From an uncultured marine group III euryarchaeote (lineage in GTDB: Archaea; Thermoplasmatota; Poseidoniia; MGIII; CG-Epi1), in contig CACAGG010000001.1 of NCBI GenBank assembly GCA_902531985.1, positions 2,505 through 66,504 of the forward strand: 64,000 nucleotides of DNA, in the 5' to 3' direction. The first letter of the stretch is position 1, and every line of letters begins with the position of its first letter. Position numbers and translations under genes: made by a program. The notes below the pieces were generated by a model. It did no database searches, was not told where the DNA came from, and saw only the letters and a program-made list of their open reading frames with translations. Positions 9,855-19,686 of the stretch are shown one piece after another.

Positions 9855-10046
9855 ATGTTAGTTCCAGTTAGATGTTTCAGTTGCAACAAAGTTATCGGCG
9901 GACTCTATGAAGAGTTCGTAGAAAGACGTGAAAACGGAGAAAATCCAGGCGAGGTAATGGACGATTTAGGTATTGATCGTTACTGTTGCAGAAAAATTTA
10001 CGTTTCTCACATAGATTTGATAGACGAATTACTTCCCTACGATTAA
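9855..10046 (+). CDS. rpoN: DNA-directed RNA polymerase subunit N (Rpb10)
   Basis: MLVPVRCFSCNKVIG...YEEF...RYCCRKIY..HIDLI matches RpoN. Confidence 0.9.
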   Translation: MLVPVRCFSCNKVIGGLYEEFVERRENGENPGEVMDDLGIDRYCCRKIYVSHIDLIDELLPYD

Positions 10047-10056
10047 TTTTTTTAAC
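10043..10056 (+). promoter_or_regulatory. putative archaeal TATA box for tRNA-Pro
   Basis: ttaatttttttaac is centred ~29 nt upstream of the tRNA 5' end at 10079. Confidence 0.4.
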
Positions 10057-10078
10057 ATCTTGTAGAATTTATTCTCAA

Positions 10079-10154
10079 GGTCCCGTGGGGTAGCTTGGCA
10101 TCCTTGTACCTTGGGGTGGTATAGACTCCAGTTCAAATCTGGGCGGGACCACCA
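10079..10154 (+). tRNA. tRNA-Pro (anticodon GGG), CCA encoded
   Basis: Hand-folded cloverleaf: acceptor GGTCCCG/CGGGACC, D-stem GGGT/ATCC, anticodon stem GTACC/GGTAT with loop TTGGGGT, T-arm TCCAG-TTCAAAT-CTGGG, then ACCA. Confidence 0.85.
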
Positions 10155-10192
10155 AAGATAAACGCTTAAATATAGTTAAATTTTAGATTGCT

Positions 10193-12274
10193 GTGCACTG
10201 TCCAATTTGTAAAAACACCAGGCTAGAAAAAAAAACTACAACTACTGGTGTAGAACTTGACTCATGCAGAAGATGTGGCTCAGTTTTTCTTGAGAGAGGT
10301 GAAATTTTCCTTCAACTACCTTCAAAACAAATTTCTGTATTTGATAAAGCAATAGAAACTGCATTTAAGAATAAAGAAAAATCAGGATATCATTCTCCTA
10401 AAACTGGAAAGGAGATGTATAGCATTAATGAATTACCATCAGAATCGAACCAATTTTTCGTAGACAACGAACGAAATATTTTGGCTACTGAAAAGGGCAT
10501 AAACGAACTAAAAGAAAAATCTAGTTTCGGTTTAGATTGGGCTGAAGCGTCTGCACCTGCTACAAGATACATCAAGGCCTTACCAAATTTAGTCCTATCA
10601 TCTACTATCACCTTCGGCGCTCTATATGGATTGGTTGCCCTTGCGCTAATTACAATTTCCCTTGTATTCGAAGCTGATCAAAGCACTTCAGGAGAAGACG
10701 GGCTATTTGTCGGTGGAAGCTTACTAGCTATCTCTTTTGTAATTACTTTAATCGGATTTTTGCTTGGACCATTTATTATGGACCTGCAATTACGCTGGTT
10801 ATTCACAATAGAATGGTTAGAACCAAATCAACTACCAAAGGCGCTTGAAGTTTACTTAAAAGAGACCTCTACGAAACAAAATATCAACATTCCATACATG
10901 GGAGTTATCAATGACATGGCTCCTAACGCATTCACATATGGTCATACACCCAATAACGCACGCATAGTAATTACTAAAGGATTGTTTGAATTACTAGATG
11001 AAGACGAACTCAATAGTGTAGTAGGACATGAGATTGGTCATGCAGTTCATTGGGACATTTTGCTAATGAGTTTCGCACAAATGGTACCTGTATTCTTCTA
11101 TTACATTTACAGAGCCTGTATTGAAGCAGCTCATAAGGCTGGCAAAGCCGGTAAAGATGGAGCCAAAGCAGCACCACCGTTCATTATAGTAGCTATTGGC
11201 GCATACGTTGTATATATCATAGCTCAATATCTTGTTCTTTACTTCAGTAGAGTTAGAGAATACTATGCCGATAGATTCGGGGCTGAAAGTGTTGGCAGTG
11301 CTGCTGCACTATCCGGAGCGCTTGTCAAAATTGCATATGGTCTAGCCGGAAGAAGAGATGCTGAAAGTAGAAGTGATGATGAAAATAGATCAACGATAAA
11401 TTCCATTGGCGCACTAGGCATATCTAATGCAGAAAGTGGACAGATGCTAGCAGTCACAACTGGTAACAGTACCGATTATGAATGGGATGGTAAAAGCCAA
11501 TATGAGATTAATAAAAATAGCATAATGGGAGCTATGAAATGGGACCTCTGGAATCCATGGGCCACATTCTATGAATTAAATTCAACACACCCTTTGACTG
11601 CGAAAAGGCTATTGCACTTAAGTAGACAATCTGAAGAATTTGGTGAAGAGCCTTACATCTCATTTAACCTATCTAAGCCTGAATCATACTGGGACGAATT
11701 CATTCATGATGTAGTAATGATTCTTTTCCCTTGGTTAATGATAATTGGTTTCTTCGTAATTCCTACATATGATAATCCAATAATACCTCAAGAACACTGG
11801 CCTTCAACTGCGATTTTAATTTTTGGTATTGCTTACCTTTACAAATTATACTTCCGCTACCCTACATCGATTTATCCTAAAATGTCCGTAGAAACTTTAC
11901 TTCATCAAGTAAAGGTATCTGACATAAGACCTATCCCTTGTACAGTTAAAGGCATAGTTAGAGGGAAAGGTATACCTGGTTACATATTTTCTGATGATTT
12001 AGTCATGCAAGACGATACTGGAATTATATTCCTGGACCATAGGCAACCTCTTGCTATTTGGGAATGGATATGGGGGTGGTTGAGAGGTAATGAAATGATA
12101 GGTAAAGAAATTACCGTCCAAGGTTGGTACAGACGTTCACCAATGCCTTACATTGAAATAAATAATTTTACTGTCGAAGGGAAAAATAGAAGGTCCTACC
12201 TATGGATTTTTAGATATTTGACTGGGATTTTAATCACAATAATTGGAATAATAATGCTAGCTAGGTTAATCTAA
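10193..12274 (+). CDS. zinc-ribbon-fused M48-family (HtpX-like) membrane zinc metalloprotease with C-terminal extra domain
   Basis: GTG start. N-terminal CPICKN...CRRCGS zinc ribbon. HEIGHAVHW (HExxH) plus a downstream EYYADRFG Glu. ...NAFTYG... M48 motif. Multiple TM segments. C-terminal ~150 aa has an OB-like region (CTVKGIVRGKG...). Confidence 0.75.
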   Translation: MHCPICKNTRLEKKTTTTGVELDSCRRCGSVFLERGEIFLQLPSKQISVFDKAIETAFKNKEKSGYHSPKTGKEMYSINELPSESNQFFVDNERNILATEKGINELKEKSSFGLDWAEASAPATRYIKALPNLVLSSTITFGALYGLVALALITISLVFEADQSTSGEDGLFVGGSLLAISFVITLIGFLLGPFIMDLQLRWLFTIEWLEPNQLPKALEVYLKETSTKQNINIPYMGVINDMAPNAFTYGHTPNNARIVITKGLFELLDEDELNSVVGHEIGHAVHWDILLMSFAQMVPVFFYYIYRACIEAAHKAGKAGKDGAKAAPPFIIVAIGAYVVYIIAQYLVLYFSRVREYYADRFGAESVGSAAALSGALVKIAYGLAGRRDAESRSDDENRSTINSIGALGISNAESGQMLAVTTGNSTDYEWDGKSQYEINKNSIMGAMKWDLWNPWATFYELNSTHPLTAKRLLHLSRQSEEFGEEPYISFNLSKPESYWDEFIHDVVMILFPWLMIIGFFVIPTYDNPIIPQEHWPSTAILIFGIAYLYKLYFRYPTSIYPKMSVETLLHQVKVSDIRPIPCTVKGIVRGKGIPGYIFSDDLVMQDDTGIIFLDHRQPLAIWEWIWGWLRGNEMIGKEITVQGWYRRSPMPYIEINNFTVEGKNRRSYLWIFRYLTGILITIIGIIMLARLI

Positions 12275-13111
12275 TTACAAAGCCAAAGAAAGTGAACCCA
12301 CAATACCTGAATCACTACCTAAAGCCGGTTCTAAGATCAAATCTGATAGAGGGCCTAGAGGTGTATATCCATTCCATATTTTTTTAACATTAAGCCTAAC
12401 CTTTTCAAACAAATGCTTCTGATTCATAACTCCTCCTCCTAATACTATCTTGTCTGGAGAATGATTTGATATTATGTTTATTATTCCAAAAGCCAATAAC
12501 TGAGCCTCTTTTTCCCATGCTTCGTGCTCTAAAGAAAGAGCTCTTGCCTCCATGCCCCATCTAGACTGCATAGCCGGACCACTTGCCAAACCCTCCCAGC
12601 AATTACCATGTATTCTGCAAACTCCTTCAAAATTATCTTTATCAGGAATAAACATATGTCCTATTTCTAAATGAAAATCACCAACATGAGGTTTACCTTC
12701 TATTAAAACACCTACACCAATCCCAGTACCAACTGTTACATAAACAAAAGTTTCAGCTGATTTCCCAACACCATACTTGTATTCTCCTAAGGCCGCTGCA
12801 TTCACATCCGTATCAATAATAATATGCGCATCAATCTTTGATAATTCTTTGACCAAATTAATTCCTTTCCAACCTCCTTTACTTTCAGCAACTAGGCACC
12901 CATATTCTGCCGAATCTGAATTAAGGACTAGCGGTCCGAAGGAACCCACGCCCAATTTACTAATCTGGTAATTACTAAAAAAAGACACAATGTCTAATAT
13001 GGTACTAGTTGGACCTCTTGTAGGTATTATCTTCTTTTCAAGTATATCTAGAGGATTATTTGCAACTGCAACAATACATTTGGTTCCACCTAATTCGATA
13101 CCGCCAATCAC
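12275..13111 (-). CDS. ROK-family sugar kinase (putative glucokinase)
   Basis: GTG start. MIGGIELGGTKCIVAVA N-terminal ATPase motif, ...LGVGSFGPL..., and HGNCWEG as a partial ROK zinc motif. Confidence 0.65.
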   Translation of the reverse strand: MIGGIELGGTKCIVAVANNPLDILEKKIIPTRGPTSTILDIVSFFSNYQISKLGVGSFGPLVLNSDSAEYGCLVAESKGGWKGINLVKELSKIDAHIIIDTDVNAAALGEYKYGVGKSAETFVYVTVGTGIGVGVLIEGKPHVGDFHLEIGHMFIPDKDNFEGVCRIHGNCWEGLASGPAMQSRWGMEARALSLEHEAWEKEAQLLAFGIINIISNHSPDKIVLGGGVMNQKHLFEKVRLNVKKIWNGYTPLGPLSDLILEPALGSDSGIVGSLSLAL

Positions 13112-13227
13112 AACTTAACTCTCTTCTTCTTGGGACCGCCTTTTTTATAACGACTAAATTGCTTTTTTGCTTTTTTATCTCCCTTTGTAACTCTCTTTTT
13201 TTTAGAGATATCAGAATCCTGTGTCAT
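13108..13227 (-). CDS. small lysine-rich ORF (39 aa), possible unannotated small basic protein
   Basis: Hand translation gives MTQDSDISKKKRVTKGDKKAKKQFSRYKKGGPKKKRVKL*. Its stop overlaps the GTG start of the ROK gene (GTGA), suggesting translational coupling. It is below the ORF-track size cutoff. Confidence 0.3.
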   Translation of the reverse strand: MTQDSDISKKKRVTKGDKKAKKQFSRYKKGGPKKKRVKL

Positions 13228-13254
13228 AACACACTAGAATAATAAGGATATAAA

Positions 13255-13341
13255 TGGTGCGGGGGGAGGGATTTGAACCCACGTACCACTAAGGACTGGG
13301 ACCTAAACCCAGCGCAATTGGCCTGGCTATGCGACCCCCGC
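13255..13341 (-). tRNA. tRNA-Leu (anticodon TAG), class II with long variable arm, CCA encoded
   Basis: The reverse complement folds with acceptor GCGGGGG/CCCCCGC, a 3-bp D-stem, anticodon stem CTGGG/CCCAG with loop TTTAGGT, a long variable arm, T-loop TTCAAAT, and 3' ACCA. Confidence 0.85.
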
Positions 13342-13420
13342 TACGGACACCTCTGGGCCACACAATTAATAATAGAATTGGTGATACTATTATAACGCCT
13401 ATTTACAATTAAAACTGAGA

Positions 13421-14122
13421 ATGACTGTAATTAGCTGTACTAACTTATCGAAAAAATATGAAGAGGTTTTAGCCCTTAATTCAGTAGACATTAAAATAGA
13501 GCAAGGCGAGTTTTTCGGATTACTAGGCCCAAATGGTGCTGGAAAGACTACATTTCTAAAAATATTAACGGGACAAATCAAAGCAACCCAAGGGGAAGCT
13601 TCAATATTTGGGATGAAAATAGATCAGAATGTTCTGGATGTTAAACGAAAAATTGCTATTGTTCCTGAGCAGGAATCCCCGCCTAGCTTCCTAACACCAA
13701 GAGAAGTACTAGAGATGGTTACTTCTATACGTAAAACTGAAAAGCCTAGAATAGATTATTGGATTGAATTTTTTGAGCTTGAGGCAATGGAAGGAAGAGT
13801 TTGTAGAAACTTGTCTAGAGGACAGAAACAAAAAGTAATGCTAGCTGCAGCATTTATTTCTGAAGTTAAACTAATGTTTTTGGATGAACCTTTCATAAAT
13901 CTAGACCCTATTGTTCAGACTAAAGTTAGAGACTGGTTAGCTGAATATGTAAGAGAGGGAGGCACTGTTTTTCTAAACACACATTTATTAGAAAATGCAC
14001 AAAGGCTTTGTGATAGGGCTGCAATAATTCACAATGGAGAAATACAATCTTTAATAAAAATAAATGAGCTGGAAGAACAAGATATGAGTTTAGAAGAGCT
14101 TTTCCACGAAATAATACTATGA
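13421..14122 (+). CDS. ABC transporter ATP-binding protein
   Basis: Walker A GPNGAGKTT, ABC signature LSRGQKQK, Walker B LMFLDEP. Confidence 0.9.
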   Translation: MTVISCTNLSKKYEEVLALNSVDIKIEQGEFFGLLGPNGAGKTTFLKILTGQIKATQGEASIFGMKIDQNVLDVKRKIAIVPEQESPPSFLTPREVLEMVTSIRKTEKPRIDYWIEFFELEAMEGRVCRNLSRGQKQKVMLAAAFISEVKLMFLDEPFINLDPIVQTKVRDWLAEYVREGGTVFLNTHLLENAQRLCDRAAIIHNGEIQSLIKINELEEQDMSLEELFHEIIL

Positions 14123-15555
14123 ATCAATTAATTCTTTGGAGAATGCTACAAGAAGAAATACGTCTTAATACTAGTTTTGCAAGTGGAAAAGGTTTCTATT
14201 CTTTCCCGATACTAGTGGCGATTAGTGGAATCCTTGCTGTTACTTTTAGTAATCAAATGATTTCTGATATGGGGTATGTTGAATACCTTGAAGTCATGCA
14301 TATTGGACTCATGTTCTATGGTGTTTTTGCAGGCTCACTTGCTTTTTTTGGAAACGAGTTCCTAGAACGAATCTTTGGATATCTTGGACTGATAATAGGA
14401 CTGCCAACCACACAACCAATAACTCAAAGGAAAATGACACTACTATATTTCATTAAAGAATTTATCTTTTACTCCTTTTTTACGTTGATACCTGCTTTTT
14501 TGGGGGGCTTGATTGGGGCCTATCTAATGGAAATAAGTATGCTTAATCTAACAAAATTTGGAATTTCTCTCATCTTTTCATTTTTAATGGGACTATCTTT
14601 TGCTTATCTTATTTCTAGCTTTTACAGAATATCGTGGAAATTGAGCGTATTTGGAGGCTTACTTGCTATGATAATATATGCTATAGCTGTTAGAGATATC
14701 TCTATTACACATTCATTGGAATGGTATTTCAATGGAGAAATAAAATATCTTCTTTATTCACTTGTTACCACCATAATCCTAGCCACTGTTGCAACTTTAC
14801 TAGTTACAGACCAATATGAACAAGGGACTGTTAGAACCATAGGATACAAGGACAGATTGAAAGAATACATCGATAATTTTTCATGGGCCTCAAAATTATC
14901 TGAGCCAACTATCATTTCTAAAGAAAGAATAGATCTTCAAAGAAGTAAGACTGGCACAAAAATGTTTTTTTCATTTGCTTTCCCTCTAGGTATTTTAACC
15001 TTCATGAATTGGTTCATAGATAAGGGATTACCAATTCAGGTAGATTTTAACACCATATTTTATGGGGTAATGGTTGGCTTTTTTGGGACTATGATTTATT
15101 CATGGTTAAACACTATAGATAGTCCTACTTTCTATTCCACATTACCAGTTACTGTTTCTGACGTTATTAGAGCCAGACTTGTTTTATTCTTTACAATAAC
15201 TTGGTGGATACCATTACTATTTTTGACATTAATAGCATACATGAGTTCAGAAATTAATCTTCTACCTATTGGCATTATAGTTATGATTACAGTAGGCATG
15301 TATATTGTAAATTATACTGCATGGTCAACAGGCTTGAGGACAAATTCAGCTCTATTTGATGCAATTATTTTTCTCAAATTCTTTGTAATCTCGGTGCCAC
15401 CAATGATTGCTATGACTATCTTGAGTCTAGCAATTAGTTACAGCATTTCTACAGTTCTAATTGCACTCTCTATAATTTGCGGAGTTCTCGCACTGTGTAG
15501 TATCTTCTTTTACAATAGAATTGAAGTTAAATGGGAAAACGAAACATTCGATTAA
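14119..15555 (+). CDS. ABC transporter permease (ABC-2 type, multi-TM)
   Basis: 478 aa, highly hydrophobic. Translationally coupled to the upstream ABC ATPase. Confidence 0.7.
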   Translation: MNQLILWRMLQEEIRLNTSFASGKGFYSFPILVAISGILAVTFSNQMISDMGYVEYLEVMHIGLMFYGVFAGSLAFFGNEFLERIFGYLGLIIGLPTTQPITQRKMTLLYFIKEFIFYSFFTLIPAFLGGLIGAYLMEISMLNLTKFGISLIFSFLMGLSFAYLISSFYRISWKLSVFGGLLAMIIYAIAVRDISITHSLEWYFNGEIKYLLYSLVTTIILATVATLLVTDQYEQGTVRTIGYKDRLKEYIDNFSWASKLSEPTIISKERIDLQRSKTGTKMFFSFAFPLGILTFMNWFIDKGLPIQVDFNTIFYGVMVGFFGTMIYSWLNTIDSPTFYSTLPVTVSDVIRARLVLFFTITWWIPLLFLTLIAYMSSEINLLPIGIIVMITVGMYIVNYTAWSTGLRTNSALFDAIIFLKFFVISVPPMIAMTILSLAISYSISTVLIALSIICGVLALCSIFFYNRIEVKWENETFD

Positions 15556-15585
15556 GAATAAATAGAACTGGCAAATAGAAAAATT

Positions 15586-15969
15586 ATGGCAAAAAAGGAA
15601 GTTAAAAAGGAAAAACGTGCTCCTAAGAAAGAAAAAAAACCTAGAAGACGCTTCAGAGTTAATAAAAAACTAGATGGTAAAACAGGTACTATTTTCATTG
15701 GAGCAGAAGATCCGTTTCTATACTTCCCAGACATGATGTCTTATCTAGAAAGAGAAGAGATTAAAGAAGTAAAACTAAAGGCTAGAGGAAAATCAATATC
15801 CAATGCCGTTAACGTTTCGGAACAATTTAAAAATAGATTTAAAGAAATTAAAACTGAAGTTAAAGACGTAAAAATAGGTACTGAAGATGTCCCAAAGAAA
15901 GACAAGAAAGGAACTTTCCGAATGTCTTTTATCGAAATTACACTTACAGGCAATAAAATAGATGAATGA
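15586..15969 (+). CDS. albA: DNA/RNA-binding protein Alba with Lys-rich N-terminal extension
   Basis: ...VKLKARGKSISNAVNVSEQFKNRF... and ...FIEITL... match the Alba core (IKARGRAISKAVD...IEIAI). The N-terminal KKEKRAPKKEKKPRRR tail is an extension. Confidence 0.7.
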   Translation: MAKKEVKKEKRAPKKEKKPRRRFRVNKKLDGKTGTIFIGAEDPFLYFPDMMSYLEREEIKEVKLKARGKSISNAVNVSEQFKNRFKEIKTEVKDVKIGTEDVPKKDKKGTFRMSFIEITLTGNKIDE

Positions 15970-15971
15970 AG

Positions 15972-16520
15972 CTATTCTTTAGATATCATGTTACGTCTCT
16001 CAGAGGAAGGGATTACTTCGAGTAAACCTCCATCAAAGCTTTGCTCACAACCTTCAGGATTTATCTTTGAGAGTGTAATAGCTAAAGCAGACACTTCAGA
16101 ATGAGGTTGATTACCAACTGCCACATTATAATCTGAACATTCAAAAACCCACGGGGGAACTTTTTCAGCTCCAACAATAATCAGTAAAGGTTCTTTAGAT
16201 TTGGTTATAACTCCCAATTTCTCATTCAAAGGTATCCCAAACATTGTCAAATGTAATATATTTCCCTTCCATTTTTGAACAAAGCTTTTGGGATTAGACA
16301 CTGTTTCTATAATGAAATTACCTCCAAACTTTTCACTTACATCTGAAATTGTTTTGACTATTCTGCTGTCCGGCCTATTAAGATGAATTTTATTAGCCCC
16401 AAAAGCCCTTGCCGTTAGTGCTACGTGTGTCGTTATTCTTTTATCTCGCTCAGGACGATGACCCAAACGCAAAACTTCACAGCTTACCATCTGTTTATTC
16501 TTCTGAAATAAATTCATCAT
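15972..16520 (-). CDS. SPOUT-class tRNA 2'-O-methyltransferase (aTrm56-like)
   Basis: LRLGHRPERDKRITTHVALTARAFGA is the characteristic N-terminal motif of archaeal Trm56-type methyltransferases. The real start is probably the internal Met (MVSCEVLRLG). Confidence 0.6.
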   Translation of the reverse strand: MMNLFQKNKQMVSCEVLRLGHRPERDKRITTHVALTARAFGANKIHLNRPDSRIVKTISDVSEKFGGNFIIETVSNPKSFVQKWKGNILHLTMFGIPLNEKLGVITKSKEPLLIIVGAEKVPPWVFECSDYNVAVGNQPHSEVSALAITLSKINPEGCEQSFDGGLLEVIPSSERRNMISKE

Positions 16521-17616
16521 CTGATGAATCTGATTCTATTCTTTCATTTATTATTTCAAATACTATACGGCCAACAAACCCTATCAAAAGGCCTATAGCA
16601 ATATACCAAACCCCTTGTGTATAATCTGGCTCTTCAGACTCGGCCAGTCCGGTTCGAACAACTATGTCATACATTATATCAATCATACCTGCGGTTATTG
16701 CACCTAAACTAGCTACAGTAAATATAAATCGAACAATATTTACATTGAAAACACCATCACGTACGTAGCCATCAATAGTTCTTGATACTTCCACACTCAC
16801 AATTGCAGATAGCAAATACGGAAGAACCCCATTCCAGCTCAAAAAGGCCAAAACCATAGCTGCAACTCCAAGTTCCTTTGATAGATCCATCTGCTCAACG
16901 CCCTGAGCTACACCTACTACGAAAAGTAAAATTGCTATTAGCCAAACATACGAATACAAGGAGACCCTCTCACCAGTTGTCAAAAGTTCATTGTAGAAAT
17001 TTCTAAACTCGTCTTCCCAACCGGCCACCTTAACGAGGAAATAACCGCTGAGAATAACCCAAATAAGACCTGAAGCAATTTCTGATAAGCCCAATAGTCC
17101 CGCTAATCCCCAAACAAAGACAATAAGTGCAATAGGCAAAATAAATTGCCTTTGCACTTTAGGATCTTCCATTTTATGAATTATAGTGTAAAGCGTATCT
17201 TCAATAGGCCTTGATTGTTGAACAACAACCATTCTCGTTGAATCTATTCGGAGTCTTGAACGGATTATTGGTTCTAACTCTCTATCTTCAGCTCCGTCAC
17301 TAACAAGAATTGCTTTTGTAGATTTAGTTTTAGCGATGACTTGGTCTAACGTATTAGCAATTTTCATGTCTGATTTTGTACCCACACGTACGTCGCCACA
17401 AATCGTTACGATTTCAACATCGCCTCCATCCTCTAATAATTGATCATAGGTGCGGATAGCCGATAACATTGTATTAGTGTCACTTTCCTCAGGGTCTGCC
17501 AAACCTAACTCTAGAGCGGCTTTAACATTAGCTTCCCGACCAATTACTGGACTTCTTATTCCAGTCTTTCGACCTAAATCATTGTCTCTATCAATTGCAA
17601 TTACTAGCAACCCCAT
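16495..17616 (-). CDS. conserved archaeal membrane protein (DUF373-like)
   Basis: Soluble N-terminal domain (MGLLVIAIDRDNDLGRKTG...) followed by ~6 TM segments. Family assignment is from memory only. Confidence 0.5.
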   Translation of the reverse strand: MGLLVIAIDRDNDLGRKTGIRSPVIGREANVKAALELGLADPEESDTNTMLSAIRTYDQLLEDGGDVEIVTICGDVRVGTKSDMKIANTLDQVIAKTKSTKAILVSDGAEDRELEPIIRSRLRIDSTRMVVVQQSRPIEDTLYTIIHKMEDPKVQRQFILPIALIVFVWGLAGLLGLSEIASGLIWVILSGYFLVKVAGWEDEFRNFYNELLTTGERVSLYSYVWLIAILLFVVGVAQGVEQMDLSKELGVAAMVLAFLSWNGVLPYLLSAIVSVEVSRTIDGYVRDGVFNVNIVRFIFTVASLGAITAGMIDIMYDIVVRTGLAESEEPDYTQGVWYIAIGLLIGFVGRIVFEIINERIESDSSDDEFISEE

Positions 17617-17663
17617 TGCTCTTTACTCCCATATGTAGTATTTAATCGTTACTTTCGCAATAT

Positions 17664-17677
17664 TCTTTAAATATTAG
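17664..17677 (+). promoter_or_regulatory. putative TATA box upstream of rps6e-eif2g operon
   Basis: ttctttaaatatta ~35 nt upstream of the ATG, with aaggtga just before the start. Confidence 0.3.
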
Positions 17678-17710
17678 CTTTTATCACGCAGATATCCAAT
17701 AAGGTGACAT

Positions 17711-18100
17711 ATGGCTGAGTTCAAAACTGTAATAGCTGATCCAAAAAACAAAACCACGCACCAAAAAGTGTTGTCTGAAGACAAGTCGAACGCGCTTGTA
17801 GGTAAGCACGTCGGTGAAGAAATCGATGGCATTTTTGTTGAATTACCGGGATACAGACTAAAGATCACGGGAGGTTCTGATAAGTCAGGAGTTCCCATGA
17901 GAGGAGATGTCTCTGGTAATCAAAGGCGAAAAATATTGATGAGAGATTCAGTAGGATTCAATCCTGTAAAAGATGGTCAACGGAAAAGAAAATTGATTAG
18001 AGGAAGAACATTAAGCGGAGATGTCTCACAAGTGAATCTAAAAGTTATTGACTACGGACCAAAATCTATAGAGGAGCTATTCAAACCCGAGGAGGCTTAA
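17711..18100 (+). CDS. rps6e: 30S ribosomal protein S6e
   Basis: ...GYRLKITGGSDKSGVPMR... is the eS6 signature. Confidence 0.9.
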   Translation: MAEFKTVIADPKNKTTHQKVLSEDKSNALVGKHVGEEIDGIFVELPGYRLKITGGSDKSGVPMRGDVSGNQRRKILMRDSVGFNPVKDGQRKRKLIRGRTLSGDVSQVNLKVIDYGPKSIEELFKPEEA

Positions 18101-18102
18101 AC

Positions 18103-19326
18103 TTGACAGCTTCACCTCAACCCGAAATAAACATCGGAATGGTGGGGCATGTCGATCACGGTAAAACCACACTTACCCAAGCTTTAACAGGTAAATGGAC
18201 AGACCAGCACAGCGAAGAAATGAAAAGAGGCATATCCATAAAATTGGGATATGCAGATGCAGACTTTTACAAGATAAAATTAAAAGACGGATCTACACAC
18301 TACACTTCTGAACCTGATAAAGAAGAATTCAAAAAAGGGAAAAGTAGTCATCTAAGAACTGTAAGTTTCGTAGATGCCCCAGGACACGAAACTCTGATGG
18401 CTGTTATGCTCAGTGGTGCTGCAATTATGGACGCAGCCATTCTAATAATAGCTGCAAATGAAAAATGTCCGCAACCTCAAACTAGAGAACATCTTTCGGC
18501 TTTAGAAATAATGGGGTTTGAGAAATTCATTGTCGTACAAAGCAAAATTGATGTTTGCTCTAAAGAAAGAGCTGTAGAATCTTACAAAGAAATAAAAACT
18601 TTTCTCAAAGGTTCACTTTTAGAAAAATCGCCAATTATTCCAGTTTCTGCACATCATAGTAGAAATATAGATCTATTGATAGAAGCGATAGAAGAGCTCT
18701 TTCCAACACCAAATAAAGATCTTAAGAGTGATTTTAAAATGAATATAGCCCGTTCTTTTGACATTAACAGGCCTGGAACTCTTCCAAAAAATATCAAGGG
18801 AGGAGTATTGGGTGGAACTGTAAGTATCGGTGAGATTAAAATAGGTGAGGAAATCGAAATTAAACCTGGCAGAACAACAAAAAAAGGACTAGAACCAATA
18901 ACAACTAAAGTTAACAGTCTGCATAGCGGTGTTTCAAGAGATTCATTGGGTCCTGGTGGTTTAGTGGCTATAGGGACAAATCTTGATCCTGCAATGACAA
19001 AATCAGACTCACTGTTAGGTAATGTCATTGGAAAGCCAGGGACTCTCCCCCCAGTGTGGGAAAAATTTAGTATAGAAGCAAAATTACTAGAACGTGTTGT
19101 CGGCACAAAAAATATTCAAGATATGAGTGAGTTAAAGACTAAAGAACCACTTATGATAACTGTGGGTACTAGAACTACTGTAGGTATTCCAATAACTGTG
19201 AGAGAAAATGTAGTAGACATTAATCTAACAATACCAGTATGTGCACCCATAGGTCAACGTATTGCTTTGAGCCGAAGAGTAGATGGTAAATGGCATTTGA
19301 TTGGGTACGGTATCATTAAAGAATGA
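18103..19326 (+). CDS. eif2g: translation initiation factor 2 subunit gamma
   Basis: GHVDHGKTTL G1 motif, DAPGHE G3 motif, zinc-knuckle Cys residues. Conserved S6e-aIF2gamma linkage. Confidence 0.95.
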   Translation: MTASPQPEINIGMVGHVDHGKTTLTQALTGKWTDQHSEEMKRGISIKLGYADADFYKIKLKDGSTHYTSEPDKEEFKKGKSSHLRTVSFVDAPGHETLMAVMLSGAAIMDAAILIIAANEKCPQPQTREHLSALEIMGFEKFIVVQSKIDVCSKERAVESYKEIKTFLKGSLLEKSPIIPVSAHHSRNIDLLIEAIEELFPTPNKDLKSDFKMNIARSFDINRPGTLPKNIKGGVLGGTVSIGEIKIGEEIEIKPGRTTKKGLEPITTKVNSLHSGVSRDSLGPGGLVAIGTNLDPAMTKSDSLLGNVIGKPGTLPPVWEKFSIEAKLLERVVGTKNIQDMSELKTKEPLMITVGTRTTVGIPITVRENVVDINLTIPVCAPIGQRIALSRRVDGKWHLIGYGIIKE

Positions 19327-19682
19327 AAACCGTCTTACCAGATACTAATATAATTTTATGGACATTTAGCAAAGGACCTGATTTCAGAGAAGCCATCAAA
19401 GAAGCTGTGCCTGATTCAAACATAGCAATACCAAAATGCATTATACAAGAATTAAAAAAATTGAATACTAATAATGCAAAAGCAGCATTGCAAATTTGCA
19501 AAACACTACCTATAGAAGATATTGGAGAAGGGTATGCCGATGATATGCTTATCGAGGCGGCAAAGAAAGGTTTTACAATTGCAACAAATGATAAGGAAAT
19601 ATTAAAAAAATTAAAAGATCTTAAAATTAATGCTCTCAAAATAAGAGAGAAAACTAAACTTGTTTCAACGGAGGGCGTCTAG
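19323..19682 (+). CDS. PIN-domain protein
   Basis: MKTVLPDTNIIL... has an N-terminal Asp in a PIN-like hydrophobic context. A PIN gene downstream of aIF2gamma is a conserved archaeal arrangement. Confidence 0.6.
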   Translation: MKTVLPDTNIILWTFSKGPDFREAIKEAVPDSNIAIPKCIIQELKKLNTNNAKAALQICKTLPIEDIGEGYADDMLIEAAKKGFTIATNDKEILKKLKDLKINALKIREKTKLVSTEGV

Positions 19683-19686
19683 AATG

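Noticed and set aside
18654-19106. 150-aa minus-strand ORF inside eif2g
   Set aside because: It is antisense to aIF2-gamma and has no motifs.
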